Below, one piece after another: positions 24,629 to 35,145 of a stretch of 64,000 nt of DNA. Location of the stretch: the NCBI GenBank assembly GCA_963703315.1, contig OY969811.1, positions 3,648,001-3,712,000 of the forward strand, given 5' to 3'. A program made the translations under genes and the position numbers. Source of the stretch: an uncultured cyanobacterium. Lineage in GTDB: Bacteria > Cyanobacteriota > Cyanobacteriia > Pseudanabaenales > Pseudanabaenaceae. The first letter of the stretch is position 1. Every line of letters begins with the position of its first letter. The notes beneath the pieces were generated by a model that saw only the letters and a list, made by a program, of their open reading frames with translations, ran no database searches and was not told the DNA's origin.

Positions 24629-24718
24629 GCGATCGCGTTTTTGTGGTGATTGATTGGGCGATCATGTTTTGGTGAGTGGTTGGGCGATCGCGTTTTGGGT
24701 GATTGCTTGGGCGATCGC
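24629..24718. repeat. HIP1-anchored tandem repeat block D
   Basis: HIP1-like sites at 24629, 24658, 24684, 24711. Confidence 0.88.
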
Positions 24719-24767
24719 ACTTTGCATTTATATACAATTACATCTGATAATTACTGAGTTTAGAAAA

Positions 24768-24798
24768 TAAAAAAGCCACACAAAGTGCGGCTTTTTTA
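24768..24798 (-). terminator. ftsH terminator hairpin
   Basis: TAAAAAAGCCACAC-AAA-GTGCGGCTTTTTTA. Confidence 0.65.
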
Positions 24799-24813
24799 TA
24801 TGTATTGAAAATA

Positions 24814-26676
24814 CTATGCTTGAACTTCAGCAGGTTTAACTTGAGCTAGCAAACCAGTCAAGAATTCACCTTCAATCACTTCTGTTTCTAAAAGCTTCTC
24901 AGAGATGGACTCTAGCAGATCACGATTCGCATTAAGAATTGCTAGCGCCTTCGCATGGGCATTCTCAACGATGGTTTTGATTTCCTTGTCGATCGCCTCT
25001 GAAGTGGCAGGACTGACATTGCGAGCCATCTCCATCCCACCGAGGAATTGATTTTGTTGCTTTTGGTAGGCAAGAGGTCCCAAAACTTCGCTCATACCGT
25101 AGCTAGTCACCATCTTATCGGCGAGATCAGTAGCGCGTTGGAGGTCATTGGATGCACCAGTAGTAATGCTACCAAAGATGATTTCTTCTGCCGATCGCCC
25201 ACCGAGGAGAGTCGCAATTTGGGCTTCGATTTCTTCTTTGCTTAATAGGAAGCGATCTTCCGTTGGCAGTTGCAAGGTGTAGCCGAGAGCCGCCATACCG
25301 CGAGGCACGATCGAGATCTTCTCGACTTTACCGCTACTGGAGTTAAGCGCTCCTACTAGAGCATGACCAACTTCGTGATAGGCGACAATGCGCTTCTCAT
25401 TCTCATTGAGAACACGACTCTTCTTTTCTAGACCCGCAACTACACGTTCGACGGCTTCAGCGAAGTCTTCAAGTAGAACAGTTTCACGTCCAGCACGGGC
25501 AGCAAGTAATGCGGCTTCATTGACGAGGTTAGCGAGGTCAGCACCCGCAAAACCCGATGTGCGAGTAGCGATCGTTTCTAGGTCAACACTCTTGTCGAGA
25601 GTGACTTTTGCAGCGTGGATTTTGAGAATTGCTAAGCGTCCACTCTTGTCAGGGCGATCGACTAATACTTGGCGATCGAAACGACCTGGACGTAACAATG
25701 CTTGGTCAAGGGTTTCAGGTCGGTTAGTTGCAGCGAGAACAATTACTGTCGTTCCATCAACGCCGAATCCATCCATTTCGGTCAGCAATTGGTTGAGAGT
25801 TTGTTCGCGTTCATCGTTTCCGCCGTACATACCGCCACTAGAACGCGCCTTACCGATCGCATCAAGTTCATCGATAAAGATAATGCAAGGGGATTGTTTC
25901 TTGGCTTGCTCAAACAAATCACGTACTCGCGAAGAACCAACACCGACGAAGAGTTCTACGAATTCCGAACCAGAGATACTGAAGAAGGGAACACCTGCTT
26001 CACCAGCGACAGCTTTGGCAAGCAGAGTTTTACCTGTTCCGGGAGGACCAACTAGCAATACACCTTTAGGAATCTTTGCGCCGATCTTGGTGTATTTCTC
26101 AGGAGTCTTGAGGAACTGCACAATTTCTTGAAGTTCTTGCTTAGCTTCATCGACACCAGCGACATCGACAAACATGGTTTTGGTGGATTCGCCTTCAACA
26201 TAGACTTTTGCCTTGCTCTTACCAATCTGTAAGCCACCAGGAGCGCCGCCGCCACCGTTACGGCTGAAGAGTTGGAAGATACCGACAAAAATTAATGGGG
26301 GAATGACCCAGCTCAGTAATGTGCCGAACCAGCCCGATTTCTGTACAGGTGCTGCTGCAAATTCGACCCCACTCTTTTCGAGGCGTTCAGGGAGATTTAA
26401 GTCGAAGATTGGAGTGGTTGAAATCACATCACCCGCGATTTCAGGAGTGACACCCTTTAACTGATAGGTGATCTGGTCTTGACCAATGTATACCCTTGCT
26501 ACATGACCTTCTTCGATTTCATGGACAAATAGGCTATAGGGAACTCGTGCCACTGGTGGGGCAAATAGATTTGGTAAAAAGATATTTATTATGAGCAATC
26601 CTGCGCCGATCAGCAGGAGGACATTGCCAATCAGTCTTGCACGCGATCGCTTGGGATCTTCTTTTTTTACAGCCAT
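24814..26676 (-). CDS. ftsH: ATP-dependent zinc metalloprotease FtsH (FtsH4-type N-terminus)
   Basis: [33 protein letters not shown] and TTPIFDL.LP N-terminal motifs. Confidence 0.97.
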   Translation of the reverse strand: MAVKKEDPKRSRARLIGNVLLLIGAGLLIINIFLPNLFAPPVARVPYSLFVHEIEEGHVARVYIGQDQITYQLKGVTPEIAGDVISTTPIFDLNLPERLEKSGVEFAAAPVQKSGWFGTLLSWVIPPLIFVGIFQLFSRNGGGGAPGGLQIGKSKAKVYVEGESTKTMFVDVAGVDEAKQELQEIVQFLKTPEKYTKIGAKIPKGVLLVGPPGTGKTLLAKAVAGEAGVPFFSISGSEFVELFVGVGSSRVRDLFEQAKKQSPCIIFIDELDAIGKARSSGGMYGGNDEREQTLNQLLTEMDGFGVDGTTVIVLAATNRPETLDQALLRPGRFDRQVLVDRPDKSGRLAILKIHAAKVTLDKSVDLETIATRTSGFAGADLANLVNEAALLAARAGRETVLLEDFAEAVERVVAGLEKKSRVLNENEKRIVAYHEVGHALVGALNSSSGKVEKISIVPRGMAALGYTLQLPTEDRFLLSKEEIEAQIATLLGGRSAEEIIFGSITTGASNDLQRATDLADKMVTSYGMSEVLGPLAYQKQQNQFLGGMEMARNVSPATSEAIDKEIKTIVENAHAKALAILNANRDLLESISEKLLETEVIEGEFLTGLLAQVKPAEVQA

Positions 26677-26810
26677 TTTTTAGAGCGCGATTATGTAAAT
26701 CGGCGATTTATTATTAATGTCATTATAGAAACGTTGTTTTACTGGCGCTAGATCATAAACGTAGGGATAGCCGCCTGTATCGTTAGGAATATAGACAACG
26801 CGCTTTGTCA

Positions 26811-26903
26811 TATAGCAAAAAAAGTTTGGTTTAGGACACAAAACCAAGAACAGAGTGTCGGCGCGGAGCGCCGACACTCTGTTAGAACTATTGCTTTGCT
26901 ATA
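26811..26903. mobile_element. ~93-bp MITE-like element with TATAGC ends and internal hairpin
   Basis: TATAGCAAA...TTTGCTATA; internal 16-bp perfect stem with GGA loop (26849-26883). Confidence 0.65.
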
Positions 26904-26904
26904 G

Positions 26905-27915
26905 TTATGTCATTGTCATGACGACATTTCTTTGGACATTGGTATTGAGGCTTTCTAAGGGGAAATGGCGATCGCTATGATCTATCTCGGCATAGTTTGT
27001 ATAACCAAGCTCTTGCAATAATTCCTTAAGCCTATCGCCTGTCGCGCCTGCTGCTTTGAGACTCGTAGGATGTACTTCAATGATCAGGGTTGGTTTGAGA
27101 GATGTAATCATTTTCCTAGCCCCTGAGAGAAAAGCACATTCACTTCCTTCCACATCAAGTTTTAGTAAAACCTTGCCAGTAAAATTTTGCCATTCCACTA
27201 ATTCATCAAAGCGTCTGAGGGGAACGGAAAAAGTTTTGTATTGATGGGTTGCGGAATGTTCGGGAAAGACTCCTGCGGAGCCAGATGTCCCAAGTGGGAC
27301 TAATAGCTCGATTTCGCCATCGGTATCGCCAACGGCGAGATTATGAATCTGGAATTTGCACAGCGCATTAGCGGTGAGAGATTTTTCTAAAGCCTTAGCT
27401 AGTCGGGGTTGTGGCTCAACGGCAAGCACAAAGCCATTCTTGCCAACTAATTTGCTCGCCACGATCGCAAAGCTACCATGATTTGCACCCACATCTAAAA
27501 ATGTATCACCTTCGGAAAGTAAGTTCCCTAAAACCTGTGTATCTGTATCTTGCGTAGCAAGCTCATTAACCACTTGAAATAGGCGCATATCAATCGGATC
27601 AAGAAATACTTGATAATTCGATAATTGCATTTCTAAATAGCGATCTGGTGAGAGTTTATAGAAAATCCCTGATAGGAATCTAAATAAACTTCTGCCACCT
27701 TTGAGATGCTTTTTGCCTGTGAAATTGAAATATAATTTGCAGTACAACCCGAATATACGGTATAGAAAGGGTAATTGCTTGCTAAGAGTTGGGTTGAGTA
27801 TCCATCCTAAAACTGAGCGATCATATAACCATGCATCGGGTTGCTCTATGTTTTCTGAATTAGCTGAGTTTGGAGAAGGAGCAGTTTTGGACATAGGAAT
27901 TGGGGTGAAAGTCAA
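26905..27915 (-). CDS. FkbM-family methyltransferase
   Basis: FLDVGANHG, AVEPQP, LKLDVEGSE. Confidence 0.9.
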   Translation of the reverse strand: MTFTPIPMSKTAPSPNSANSENIEQPDAWLYDRSVLGWILNPTLSKQLPFLYRIFGLYCKLYFNFTGKKHLKGGRSLFRFLSGIFYKLSPDRYLEMQLSNYQVFLDPIDMRLFQVVNELATQDTDTQVLGNLLSEGDTFLDVGANHGSFAIVASKLVGKNGFVLAVEPQPRLAKALEKSLTANALCKFQIHNLAVGDTDGEIELLVPLGTSGSAGVFPEHSATHQYKTFSVPLRRFDELVEWQNFTGKVLLKLDVEGSECAFLSGARKMITSLKPTLIIEVHPTSLKAAGATGDRLKELLQELGYTNYAEIDHSDRHFPLESLNTNVQRNVVMTMT

Positions 27916-27932
27916 AGATAATTGGGTGAAAT

Positions 27933-28709
27933 TTAAGCAACTAGCGATCGCACAGGAATTTTATTGGCACTGAGATAATCTTTAATTTCGGAGATCGTTA
28001 ATTCGCCATAGTGCAGTAATGAAGCTAGCAAAGCCGCTTCTGCTCGACCTTCAGTCACGGCTTCCAGAATATGTTCGCAATTACCTGCACCACCAGAAGC
28101 AATTACAGGAACTTCTACTAAATCTGCAACTTGACGCGTGAGTTCTAAATCGTAACCCGCTTTTGTGCCATCAGCGTCCATACTTGTGAGCAAGATTTCA
28201 CCAGCACCACGCTTGACGACTTCCTGCGCCCACCAGAGCGCGTCAATCCCTGTATTCTCACGCCCACCTCGCACATAGACATCCCAGCCCCGATTATGAG
28301 GATCATTTCTGCGTCTAGCATCGATCGCCACGACAATGCACTGATTACCAAAGCGATCGCTACTGCGATTAATCAAGTCAGGGTCACTAACGGCGGCAGA
28401 ATTCATACTGACTTTATCGGCTCCAGCCCGCAGCAGTTCACGAATATTATCGACATTTCGCACACCACCACCAACGGTCAGAGGGATAAATACTTGTTCG
28501 GCAGTGCGATAGACCACATCAAGAATGGTGCTGCGATCTTCATGGGTAGCAGTGATATCAAGGAATACGAGTTCATCTGCTCCTGCGCGGTTATAGACCT
28601 GTGCTAATTCCACAGGATCGCCAGCGTCCTTGAGATCGACAAAGTTTATCCCTTTGACAACTCGACCTGCTTTGACATCTAAACAAGGCAAAATACGTTT
28701 TGCTAGCAT
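27933..28709 (-). CDS. hisF: Imidazole glycerol phosphate synthase cyclase subunit
   Basis: [38 protein letters not shown]. Confidence 0.98.
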   Translation of the reverse strand: MLAKRILPCLDVKAGRVVKGINFVDLKDAGDPVELAQVYNRAGADELVFLDITATHEDRSTILDVVYRTAEQVFIPLTVGGGVRNVDNIRELLRAGADKVSMNSAAVSDPDLINRSSDRFGNQCIVVAIDARRRNDPHNRGWDVYVRGGRENTGIDALWWAQEVVKRGAGEILLTSMDADGTKAGYDLELTRQVADLVEVPVIASGGAGNCEHILEAVTEGRAEAALLASLLHYGELTISEIKDYLSANKIPVRSLVA

Positions 28710-28789
28710 AAACTCTTCAAATATCCCAAGATCACAGCAAGAGCAAATATTTTAACCCGTTTTATTGTCCATATCACCTACGGCTCACA

Positions 28790-28822
28790 TAGAAAAGGTG
28801 GCGCTTTGCGCCACCTTTTCTA
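28790..28822 (-). terminator. Perfect hairpin at end of large gene
   Basis: TAGAAAAGGTGGCGC-TTT-GCGCCACCTTTTCTA. Confidence 0.6.
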
Positions 28823-31800
28823 TACTTTGATTTCAGGAAACACGAGAGGCTCATTGAAGGTTTGACTCATATTGCCAATAATCGCTTGCAAATAGATCCG
28901 CAATTGCTGGAATTTAATCACATTAGGGTGATATGTGCCATCAGTTTCTAGTTCAAATAATCGACCTGTAAATAACTCACTACTGAGGGTGGGATCTTCT
29001 AAAATCACCTCCCGTTCAGGTTCTTGCCAAGGGAATAAACCTTCGGGTAGATCGCCTTGCAAAATTGCCAAGATGCGATCGCGACAAGCCTTAATATTGA
29101 TCCCGCGTATTTGTAACTGTTGAAGTAACTGTGGTGGATTAATTGATTTCGTGAGGTTGAGGCGACAAATTTCTTGCAACAGGAAGTAATCAGAATATTG
29201 CTGACGTGCAATATCTTGTAAATGGGGATAGAGTGGTGAGACGGCTAACCCATTGGCGACCACCGAATTAGATAAAGGGTCAATTTTGGCATTGGGAAGC
29301 TTTTGTGATAGCCAGCGCGATACTAATGGAATATTCATCGTGCTACCCAGCAATAACACCTGATGAACATCTTCACCTAAAATACCTGCATTGCTGAGGA
29401 TGCTATTTAGTTCTCGATTAATGCGTTGGATAAATGGCTGCAAAATTAAGTTTTCCAATTCACGGCGAATCACCACAATCGGTTGTCCCAATAAGTCTTC
29501 ATTCCAAGAATCAACACCAACATCTCTACCAAAGGCGATCTTCACATGATCCGCAAGCTCTAACATTTGTTGACCGATCGCCGAACTTAACAGATATTGC
29601 TGGAGCAGAATCCGTTGCTGTGGTGCAGAAGCTCCAATCTCTGGCAAACTCAGATGATCGAAATTGCAAAGATGGCGATCAGTATTCGTAATTAATTGCC
29701 AATGGGGATAGAACAGTTGGACGATGATATCTTGGCTAAGGCTAATACCTGCATAGTCAAAGCTGCGAATATGGAGCTTTGAGCGATCGCTTGCTTTCTG
29801 GTCAATTCCTTTCACTAAACAGAGACTCGTGGTGATTGCCCCTGCATCAATTAAAAGCGTAATTTCCTGTGATAGCTTCTGCTCATGAATCAAAGATAGA
29901 ACTGGGGCGATCGCCTGTTCTACGGTTACTACCTGCTCAGCTTGGCTGACTAGACCCGACTTAAGGACTGCTTCACGAAGATTCAGGATATAAGTGTCCG
30001 ACCAATGGGCAGGATGCCCTAATACCACACCACTGAGTTTTAACAAAATCAAACCCAGATCAGGCAACTTGGGATGATTAGCGCGAGTTTGGATTTGTTC
30101 CAATAGACTTTTGAGGGCGGCAACTAACCAACGCAGACTCACTTGGCGATGATCTGCCCACTGCACAATCGGCTGCCAAGTACTCACACCGCGATAGGGT
30201 AAACCCAGTTTGAGAAACTGTTTGAAATGGGTAAGCGCCACTTCCCCCTCTTCTAGTCCAGCATTTTGCATCTTCTTTGTGATCACCCGAATATCTTTAG
30301 CGATCGGGTCATCTAGACTATGTTCTTCATGCCAAACTACTTTGCAGAGAATTTCATCGGCATCATCTAGATATAGTGAATAGACTTTGCCAGTATTTGC
30401 ATTCAGGAGACTCGCTCTAATGGCAGTACTACCAAAGTCAACCCCTAAAATCCAAGAATCATCAAGGCTATAGACTTCTTTCTCAGGCGGCGGTGGAATC
30501 AGCGCATTACTACGAGACTCCAAAATAAATGAGTCAATGTCTAAAACATTGTCACTGGTATCCATAATCGGTGCTACGGATGATAAACCAAGCTGTTCAC
30601 GGCGATCGTCAAGTAATGGTTCATTAAAGTTAAACGAATTCAAATCATTTAACAAATTATCCCAATCATTATCAACGGCATTACTTTGCTGATCAGCAAA
30701 CTCATTGAGCAGTAAGTCGTCTTCTCCATCCTCAAATTCATTATCTAAATCATCAAAATCAGCAAACATTTCATTAGATAACTTGGCTAAAGTATTAGCT
30801 GGGGGAAGAGACTGCTCTTTTTTATCTGCAAGACTATTCAATTTGTCATATTGCAATGAAGCAAAAAACTCATCTGCTGATAATTCGGAAATGTCAGGTT
30901 TAGCTTCACTAACTTTTTCGTGAATGAGATTTGACTCAAGTTGTGCCAGAGCTAAACTCCAATCATCTTCTCCAGAAGTACTATTAGCAGTAGGATTTTC
31001 CAAAATTGTTGGCACTTCTTCGATCGCTGCAAATTTAGTCACTTCCGTAGGATTGATCGACTCTAGAGGCTCAGACTGAGCAAAGCCTTGCAAAATCGTA
31101 TCTAATTCCTCATCGATCGATTCAATCGGTTCGGGTTCGGGAAGAGTAACAAGGAGCGGATCTTGCAGTGTCTCGGCTCCAAGATCGAGAGTGTCATATT
31201 TCTCTCTGCTGCGATCTTGCATGACTGTATCGATTCCTTCTAATTTAGTCTCAGGCGCAAAACTAAATAACAATGTATCCAGTCCACTCTCATCATCTAG
31301 GTCTAAATTTGTGCCTAAATTTGTGTCTAAATTTATCTCTAGTGGATTGATCTCAGATAGGGAATTACTCTCAGATGATTGCGTAAATAAGTCATCAAGC
31401 TCATCATGATTAGCAAAAGAAGTTGTTGGCGATCGCTTAGCTGCATTTTCGGCGATTACCTCCGCAAAAATAGCATCCATATCGTCATCCACAATTGATG
31501 ATGGATTAGCTATAGGAGATAACTCTTGTCCTTGGGCTTCACCCTCTCCCTGTAGGTCAAACAGAGTATCAGGATCATCGAAAATCTCAGGGATTCCACT
31601 AGATTCAGTCACAAAGTCCGATGTTTGCCCAGCAGGATTCATCAAGATTTCTGGCTGCTCATTAATAATCTCAGGTTCTGGGTTCTGTTGAAAACTCGCG
31701 GGGGCATCATCAAAAGCATCTGCTAATCCATCAATAAATAAAGCTTGAGGATTTTCAATAATTGGTGGTACTACTAAGGCTTCAATTTCGGGTTGAGTTT

Positions 31801-34240
31801 TTGTTTGAGATTTCCCCTGATCGCCTTGTGATTCTTGCGCCGAAACTTCGATAATCGTAGGATAAGCTTGTGATTCTTCAGTTTCCCAATTAGTTAAGGC
31901 ATAGGGTGTATTACGGATAAACTGGTCTAGATTAGCTGCAACTAGTGGATCAGCCGCAACGCCATTATCAAAGAGCCTCAGATCGGAATCGAGTTCTCTA
32001 ATTAATGAGTCTTCCCATGCTGGTAATTCTGAACTATCTGAATTTTTATTATAAAGTAAGATCAGCGATTCTTCAGAATCAGATGCTTGATCATTAAAAG
32101 AGTTATTAAAGAACTGTTCGATTTGATCTTCCATCCCATTGTCTTGAATCTCTTTAGCTGCATCTAATGTATCTAAATTAATTTCTTCAGATGAGATAGA
32201 ATTAAGTTGAGAAGCATTAAAAATCTCTAGTTCGGGTATCGAACTATTGGTCATTGGTGATTGAGTTTTTTCATGGTTAGGCAATTTCGCCATATCGAGG
32301 GCTTCATTTCCTAACCATGACAATAAATCTTCATCAGGAGAAACATCAGCAATATTAGTAGCGGGGGGGCGATTATTACTCTCTTCTAACCATTGTAAAA
32401 GCTGAGGATCATCGATTGACTGACCAGACTCACTCACTAATTCTAGAGGAGAAGAGAATGATGGTGAATTTAGATCACGGCTTTCTACTCTATACTCTTC
32501 TATTTGATTTCTGTCGATATCGTATTCTGCAACTATTTGAGTTGCTGCTTCTACATCAAAGTCAGGATCGAGTTCCTGAGAGTCTATAATATTTTGATGT
32601 TCTTGGAGATCAAGATGATCTGGTTTAAAGTCATCTAATTCATTAAAAGGATTAGCATTGCTACTTATCTCACTGGCATCTTCAAATAGAGTGTCAGAGG
32701 ATGCACCTAAGATACTTTCAATTTCAGGAACATCAATTTGAATATTTTCACTATTACTTATAGAATCCTGATCGTCTTCTAACTCTAAAGATAACAAATC
32801 ATTTTGAAAAGGTTCAGCTTCAAGGAAGGATTCTTCAATATCTGGAACTGTTTCAATAATGGGCGGAGCGATCGCTTCTCCAAACTCATTTCCAGCGAGT
32901 AATGCATTAATCAGATTCTCATCCGCAGGTTCAGTAAACTCTTCTAGATACCGTGACGGAATCTCATCTGGCAACTCAGGCAAGATATTGGCTACTTCTG
33001 ATGATATTCCAGTCGAACTCGGAGGCTGATATTCAGACTGTTGGCTAATCCGATCAACTAAGGCACTAATTAAGGCTTCCCCTTTTTGTTCAAGGGTCTC
33101 CATGTGACCCAGCTTAGCTTGGATCGATGTTTGATAACCTTGAATTTCCTGCTCTAGGGATTGAAATGTCGAATTAAACATTTCGTCTAGATGTAGCAAA
33201 AAGCGATCGGTTTGCTCCTGTACCTTGTTAACGAATTCTTCTTCGCGTGGAGGCTCTATAGGGTTAGGGTTAGGGTTAGCAGCTACCAAGTTAGCGGCTG
33301 AGTTAACGGCTGATAGGTTAGCTAAATTATCTTGCAGAGTCTGTGCAACAGTTTGATTAACGCTGTCAGCAACACTTACCGCTACGGTTTGCTGCACTGT
33401 TTGCTGCACCGTTTGCTGCACTGTTTGCTGTAATGTATCGGAAATTTGATCACGGACATAGTTGTCAACTGATCGGAGCGATCTATCTAATGATTCCTGT
33501 TGAGCAGCTTGAAAGTCTTGAAACTGCTGCATCCAATTAGCACGATCAGATTCTAGCTGCGAGATTTCAGCGTTTAACTTTTGTTTGTGCTGATTTAAAG
33601 TGATTAATTCTTGACTTATTTGCGATCGCTGTTGAGTCTCGACAATTTTATGTAAGTTCGCCGAAATTTCACCCACCATGAGCGCTCTTTCTACGGCAAG
33701 GGTTTGACTGACTACCTGCTGCACCGATTGCTGGACTGACTCTTTGACAACTTGTTGCAATGTTTGTTGAATTGCTTGCTGGAGTGCAACAATCATGCGA
33801 TCGTTGACAAATGTAGAATTTGGCTCAGGGATGCCATTCGTCATTGTGCTAGTCTCCTGTGTCAAGTTAAAGTCAGGGTCAAATATGTTGCTAGTTGCTG
33901 GGATAACTAATGAGGGCGTTAATGCTTCTAGTGTATCTGTTTTAAATTTACCTGTCTTCACTTCTTTGGCGGTTACTACATTGTTAGGGTCAGCGTCACT
34001 ATCTAAATCTGGATTTGCAAAAAGGTGTTCTTGCAAATGAAAAACTAAAGCTTGATATTGCTCATCTAAATTACTCAAGTGTGCGTCATCTGTCAGACCT
34101 TCTAGGTGCGATCGCAACTGTTTTAGCTTCTCTCTATGCTGAATCGTATCTGAAGATGCTTTCCTAGATACTGAGCCAACTGGACGACTCAGCGATAAGT
34201 TGATTTCATCGATCAAACTATTAATCAGGACTTTTGACAT
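28820..34240 (-). CDS. Very large protein: coiled-coil N-terminus, long acidic linker, C-terminal Hsp70/actin-like ATPase fold
   Basis: C-terminal ILGVDFGST, GHPAHWSD, LIDAGAITT, VLLLGS; start set at MSKVL with GGGGG RBS. Confidence 0.75.
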   Translation of the reverse strand: MSKVLINSLIDEINLSLSRPVGSVSRKASSDTIQHREKLKQLRSHLEGLTDDAHLSNLDEQYQALVFHLQEHLFANPDLDSDADPNNVVTAKEVKTGKFKTDTLEALTPSLVIPATSNIFDPDFNLTQETSTMTNGIPEPNSTFVNDRMIVALQQAIQQTLQQVVKESVQQSVQQVVSQTLAVERALMVGEISANLHKIVETQQRSQISQELITLNQHKQKLNAEISQLESDRANWMQQFQDFQAAQQESLDRSLRSVDNYVRDQISDTLQQTVQQTVQQTVQQTVAVSVADSVNQTVAQTLQDNLANLSAVNSAANLVAANPNPNPIEPPREEEFVNKVQEQTDRFLLHLDEMFNSTFQSLEQEIQGYQTSIQAKLGHMETLEQKGEALISALVDRISQQSEYQPPSSTGISSEVANILPELPDEIPSRYLEEFTEPADENLINALLAGNEFGEAIAPPIIETVPDIEESFLEAEPFQNDLLSLELEDDQDSISNSENIQIDVPEIESILGASSDTLFEDASEISSNANPFNELDDFKPDHLDLQEHQNIIDSQELDPDFDVEAATQIVAEYDIDRNQIEEYRVESRDLNSPSFSSPLELVSESGQSIDDPQLLQWLEESNNRPPATNIADVSPDEDLLSWLGNEALDMAKLPNHEKTQSPMTNSSIPELEIFNASQLNSISSEEINLDTLDAAKEIQDNGMEDQIEQFFNNSFNDQASDSEESLILLYNKNSDSSELPAWEDSLIRELDSDLRLFDNGVAADPLVAANLDQFIRNTPYALTNWETEESQAYPTIIEVSAQESQGDQGKSQTKTQPEIEALVVPPIIENPQALFIDGLADAFDDAPASFQQNPEPEIINEQPEILMNPAGQTSDFVTESSGIPEIFDDPDTLFDLQGEGEAQGQELSPIANPSSIVDDDMDAIFAEVIAENAAKRSPTTSFANHDELDDLFTQSSESNSLSEINPLEINLDTNLGTNLDLDDESGLDTLLFSFAPETKLEGIDTVMQDRSREKYDTLDLGAETLQDPLLVTLPEPEPIESIDEELDTILQGFAQSEPLESINPTEVTKFAAIEEVPTILENPTANSTSGEDDWSLALAQLESNLIHEKVSEAKPDISELSADEFFASLQYDKLNSLADKKEQSLPPANTLAKLSNEMFADFDDLDNEFEDGEDDLLLNEFADQQSNAVDNDWDNLLNDLNSFNFNEPLLDDRREQLGLSSVAPIMDTSDNVLDIDSFILESRSNALIPPPPEKEVYSLDDSWILGVDFGSTAIRASLLNANTGKVYSLYLDDADEILCKVVWHEEHSLDDPIAKDIRVITKKMQNAGLEEGEVALTHFKQFLKLGLPYRGVSTWQPIVQWADHRQVSLRWLVAALKSLLEQIQTRANHPKLPDLGLILLKLSGVVLGHPAHWSDTYILNLREAVLKSGLVSQAEQVVTVEQAIAPVLSLIHEQKLSQEITLLIDAGAITTSLCLVKGIDQKASDRSKLHIRSFDYAGISLSQDIIVQLFYPHWQLITNTDRHLCNFDHLSLPEIGASAPQQRILLQQYLLSSAIGQQMLELADHVKIAFGRDVGVDSWNEDLLGQPIVVIRRELENLILQPFIQRINRELNSILSNAGILGEDVHQVLLLGSTMNIPLVSRWLSQKLPNAKIDPLSNSVVANGLAVSPLYPHLQDIARQQYSDYFLLQEICRLNLTKSINPPQLLQQLQIRGINIKACRDRILAILQGDLPEGLFPWQEPEREVILEDPTLSSELFTGRLFELETDGTYHPNVIKFQQLRIYLQAIIGNMSQTFNEPLVFPEIKV

Positions 34241-34326
34241 AACACCCCCTACAAGACCTCCATAACGACAGATAAGGGATTTCCTCAAATTTATAGCTTA
34301 GAATTCTGCGATTTAATAAAGAACTA

Positions 34327-34365
34327 GATTTTTTGTGGTGCGGTGAAGCCACTCCACAAAAAATC
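34327..34365. repeat. Palindromic repeat
   Basis: GATTTTTTGTGGTGCGGT-GAA-GCCACTCCACAAAAAATC. Confidence 0.55.
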
Positions 34366-34557
34366 GATTCTTTTTTACTGCACGTCCCTTAAAGATCCAT
34401 AAATCCGAAGATTACTAAAATTGACCAACAAATTTACGGTTAAATGAGCTAAACTCTAAAGCCAAATTTGTTAGCAGACAATAGCACACATCTTTCCCAG
34501 TTTTTTGCTAATGTCTTAGCGATTTTCTATAAATTTTTTTGTGAGTTTCTGGCGAAG

Positions 34558-35073
34558 ATGACTATGAAAACCAAATCGCAGGTTTCTCCGATTTTGACTA
34601 CCCTTATAGCGTTTTTCAGTCTAGTGAAGTACGGGTTTGTTTCCCCGCCTTCGGCGGGGAAACAAACCTATGTAACTCGCTTACTTGAAAAGCGCTATAA
34701 GCAAGTTCATAAATTAAGCAACTACTTACTGATCTACGCGATCGCCACCTTATCAACTATGGCGATCGCTAGTAGTGCCTTAGCTGAGCGCCGTGAGGTC
34801 GATATTAGGTTATTGGTAAATCAAGATGAAGGATTTACAGTAATGACCCGCAAAGCCGAAATTCTAGCGCGATCGGCAGCTCAGAATGCTTTTGATCGTG
34901 ATGTGCTTATATCTGATGTCTCGGTCAAAGTAACGGCTCAAAATCCCAATCGTGATCAAGCCGCAATTATTTTACAACTGATCGTTTCCCGCCGCGATTG
35001 GGCAAGCCGTCCCGATCCTAAAATATGGGCAACTTACTTTCCAATGGCAAAAACATTGATTGGGATTCAATAA
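34558..35073 (+). CDS. Hypothetical secreted protein with in-frame MITE insertion
   Basis: Signal-like A-L-A site, L.VSR.DW...PDPK.WATYF motif; start uncertain. Confidence 0.7.
   Translation: MTMKTKSQVSPILTTLIAFFSLVKYGFVSPPSAGKQTYVTRLLEKRYKQVHKLSNYLLIYAIATLSTMAIASSALAERREVDIRLLVNQDEGFTVMTRKAEILARSAAQNAFDRDVLISDVSVKVTAQNPNRDQAAIILQLIVSRRDWASRPDPKIWATYFPMAKTLIGIQ
34605..34699. mobile_element. 91-bp MITE with TA target duplication
   Basis: TA-TAGCGTTTTTCA...TGAAAAGCGCTA-TA, central hairpin; second copy at 50362-50446. Confidence 0.85.
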
Positions 35074-35075
35074 AA

Positions 35076-35138
35076 ATAAGGGCAGTGCTTTGCACTGCCC
35101 TTATAAAAAAGAGGTAACGCATAGCGTTGCCTCTTTTT
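35076..35138. terminator. Two tandem hairpins between convergent genes
   Basis: ATAAGGGCAGTGC-TTT-GCACTGCCCTTAT and AAAAAGAGGTAACGC-ATA-GCGTTGCCTCTTTTT. Confidence 0.7.
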
Positions 35139-35145
35139 CTTGAGA

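Noticed and set aside
22871..24718. CRISPR array or true integron interpretation of the repeats
   Set aside because: Linkers resemble each other rather than being unique spacers; no cas genes, no attC RYYYAAC/GTTRRRY fold, no intI in the window
25388..26131. 247-aa plus-strand ORF
   Set aside because: Antisense to the conserved ftsH AAA domain
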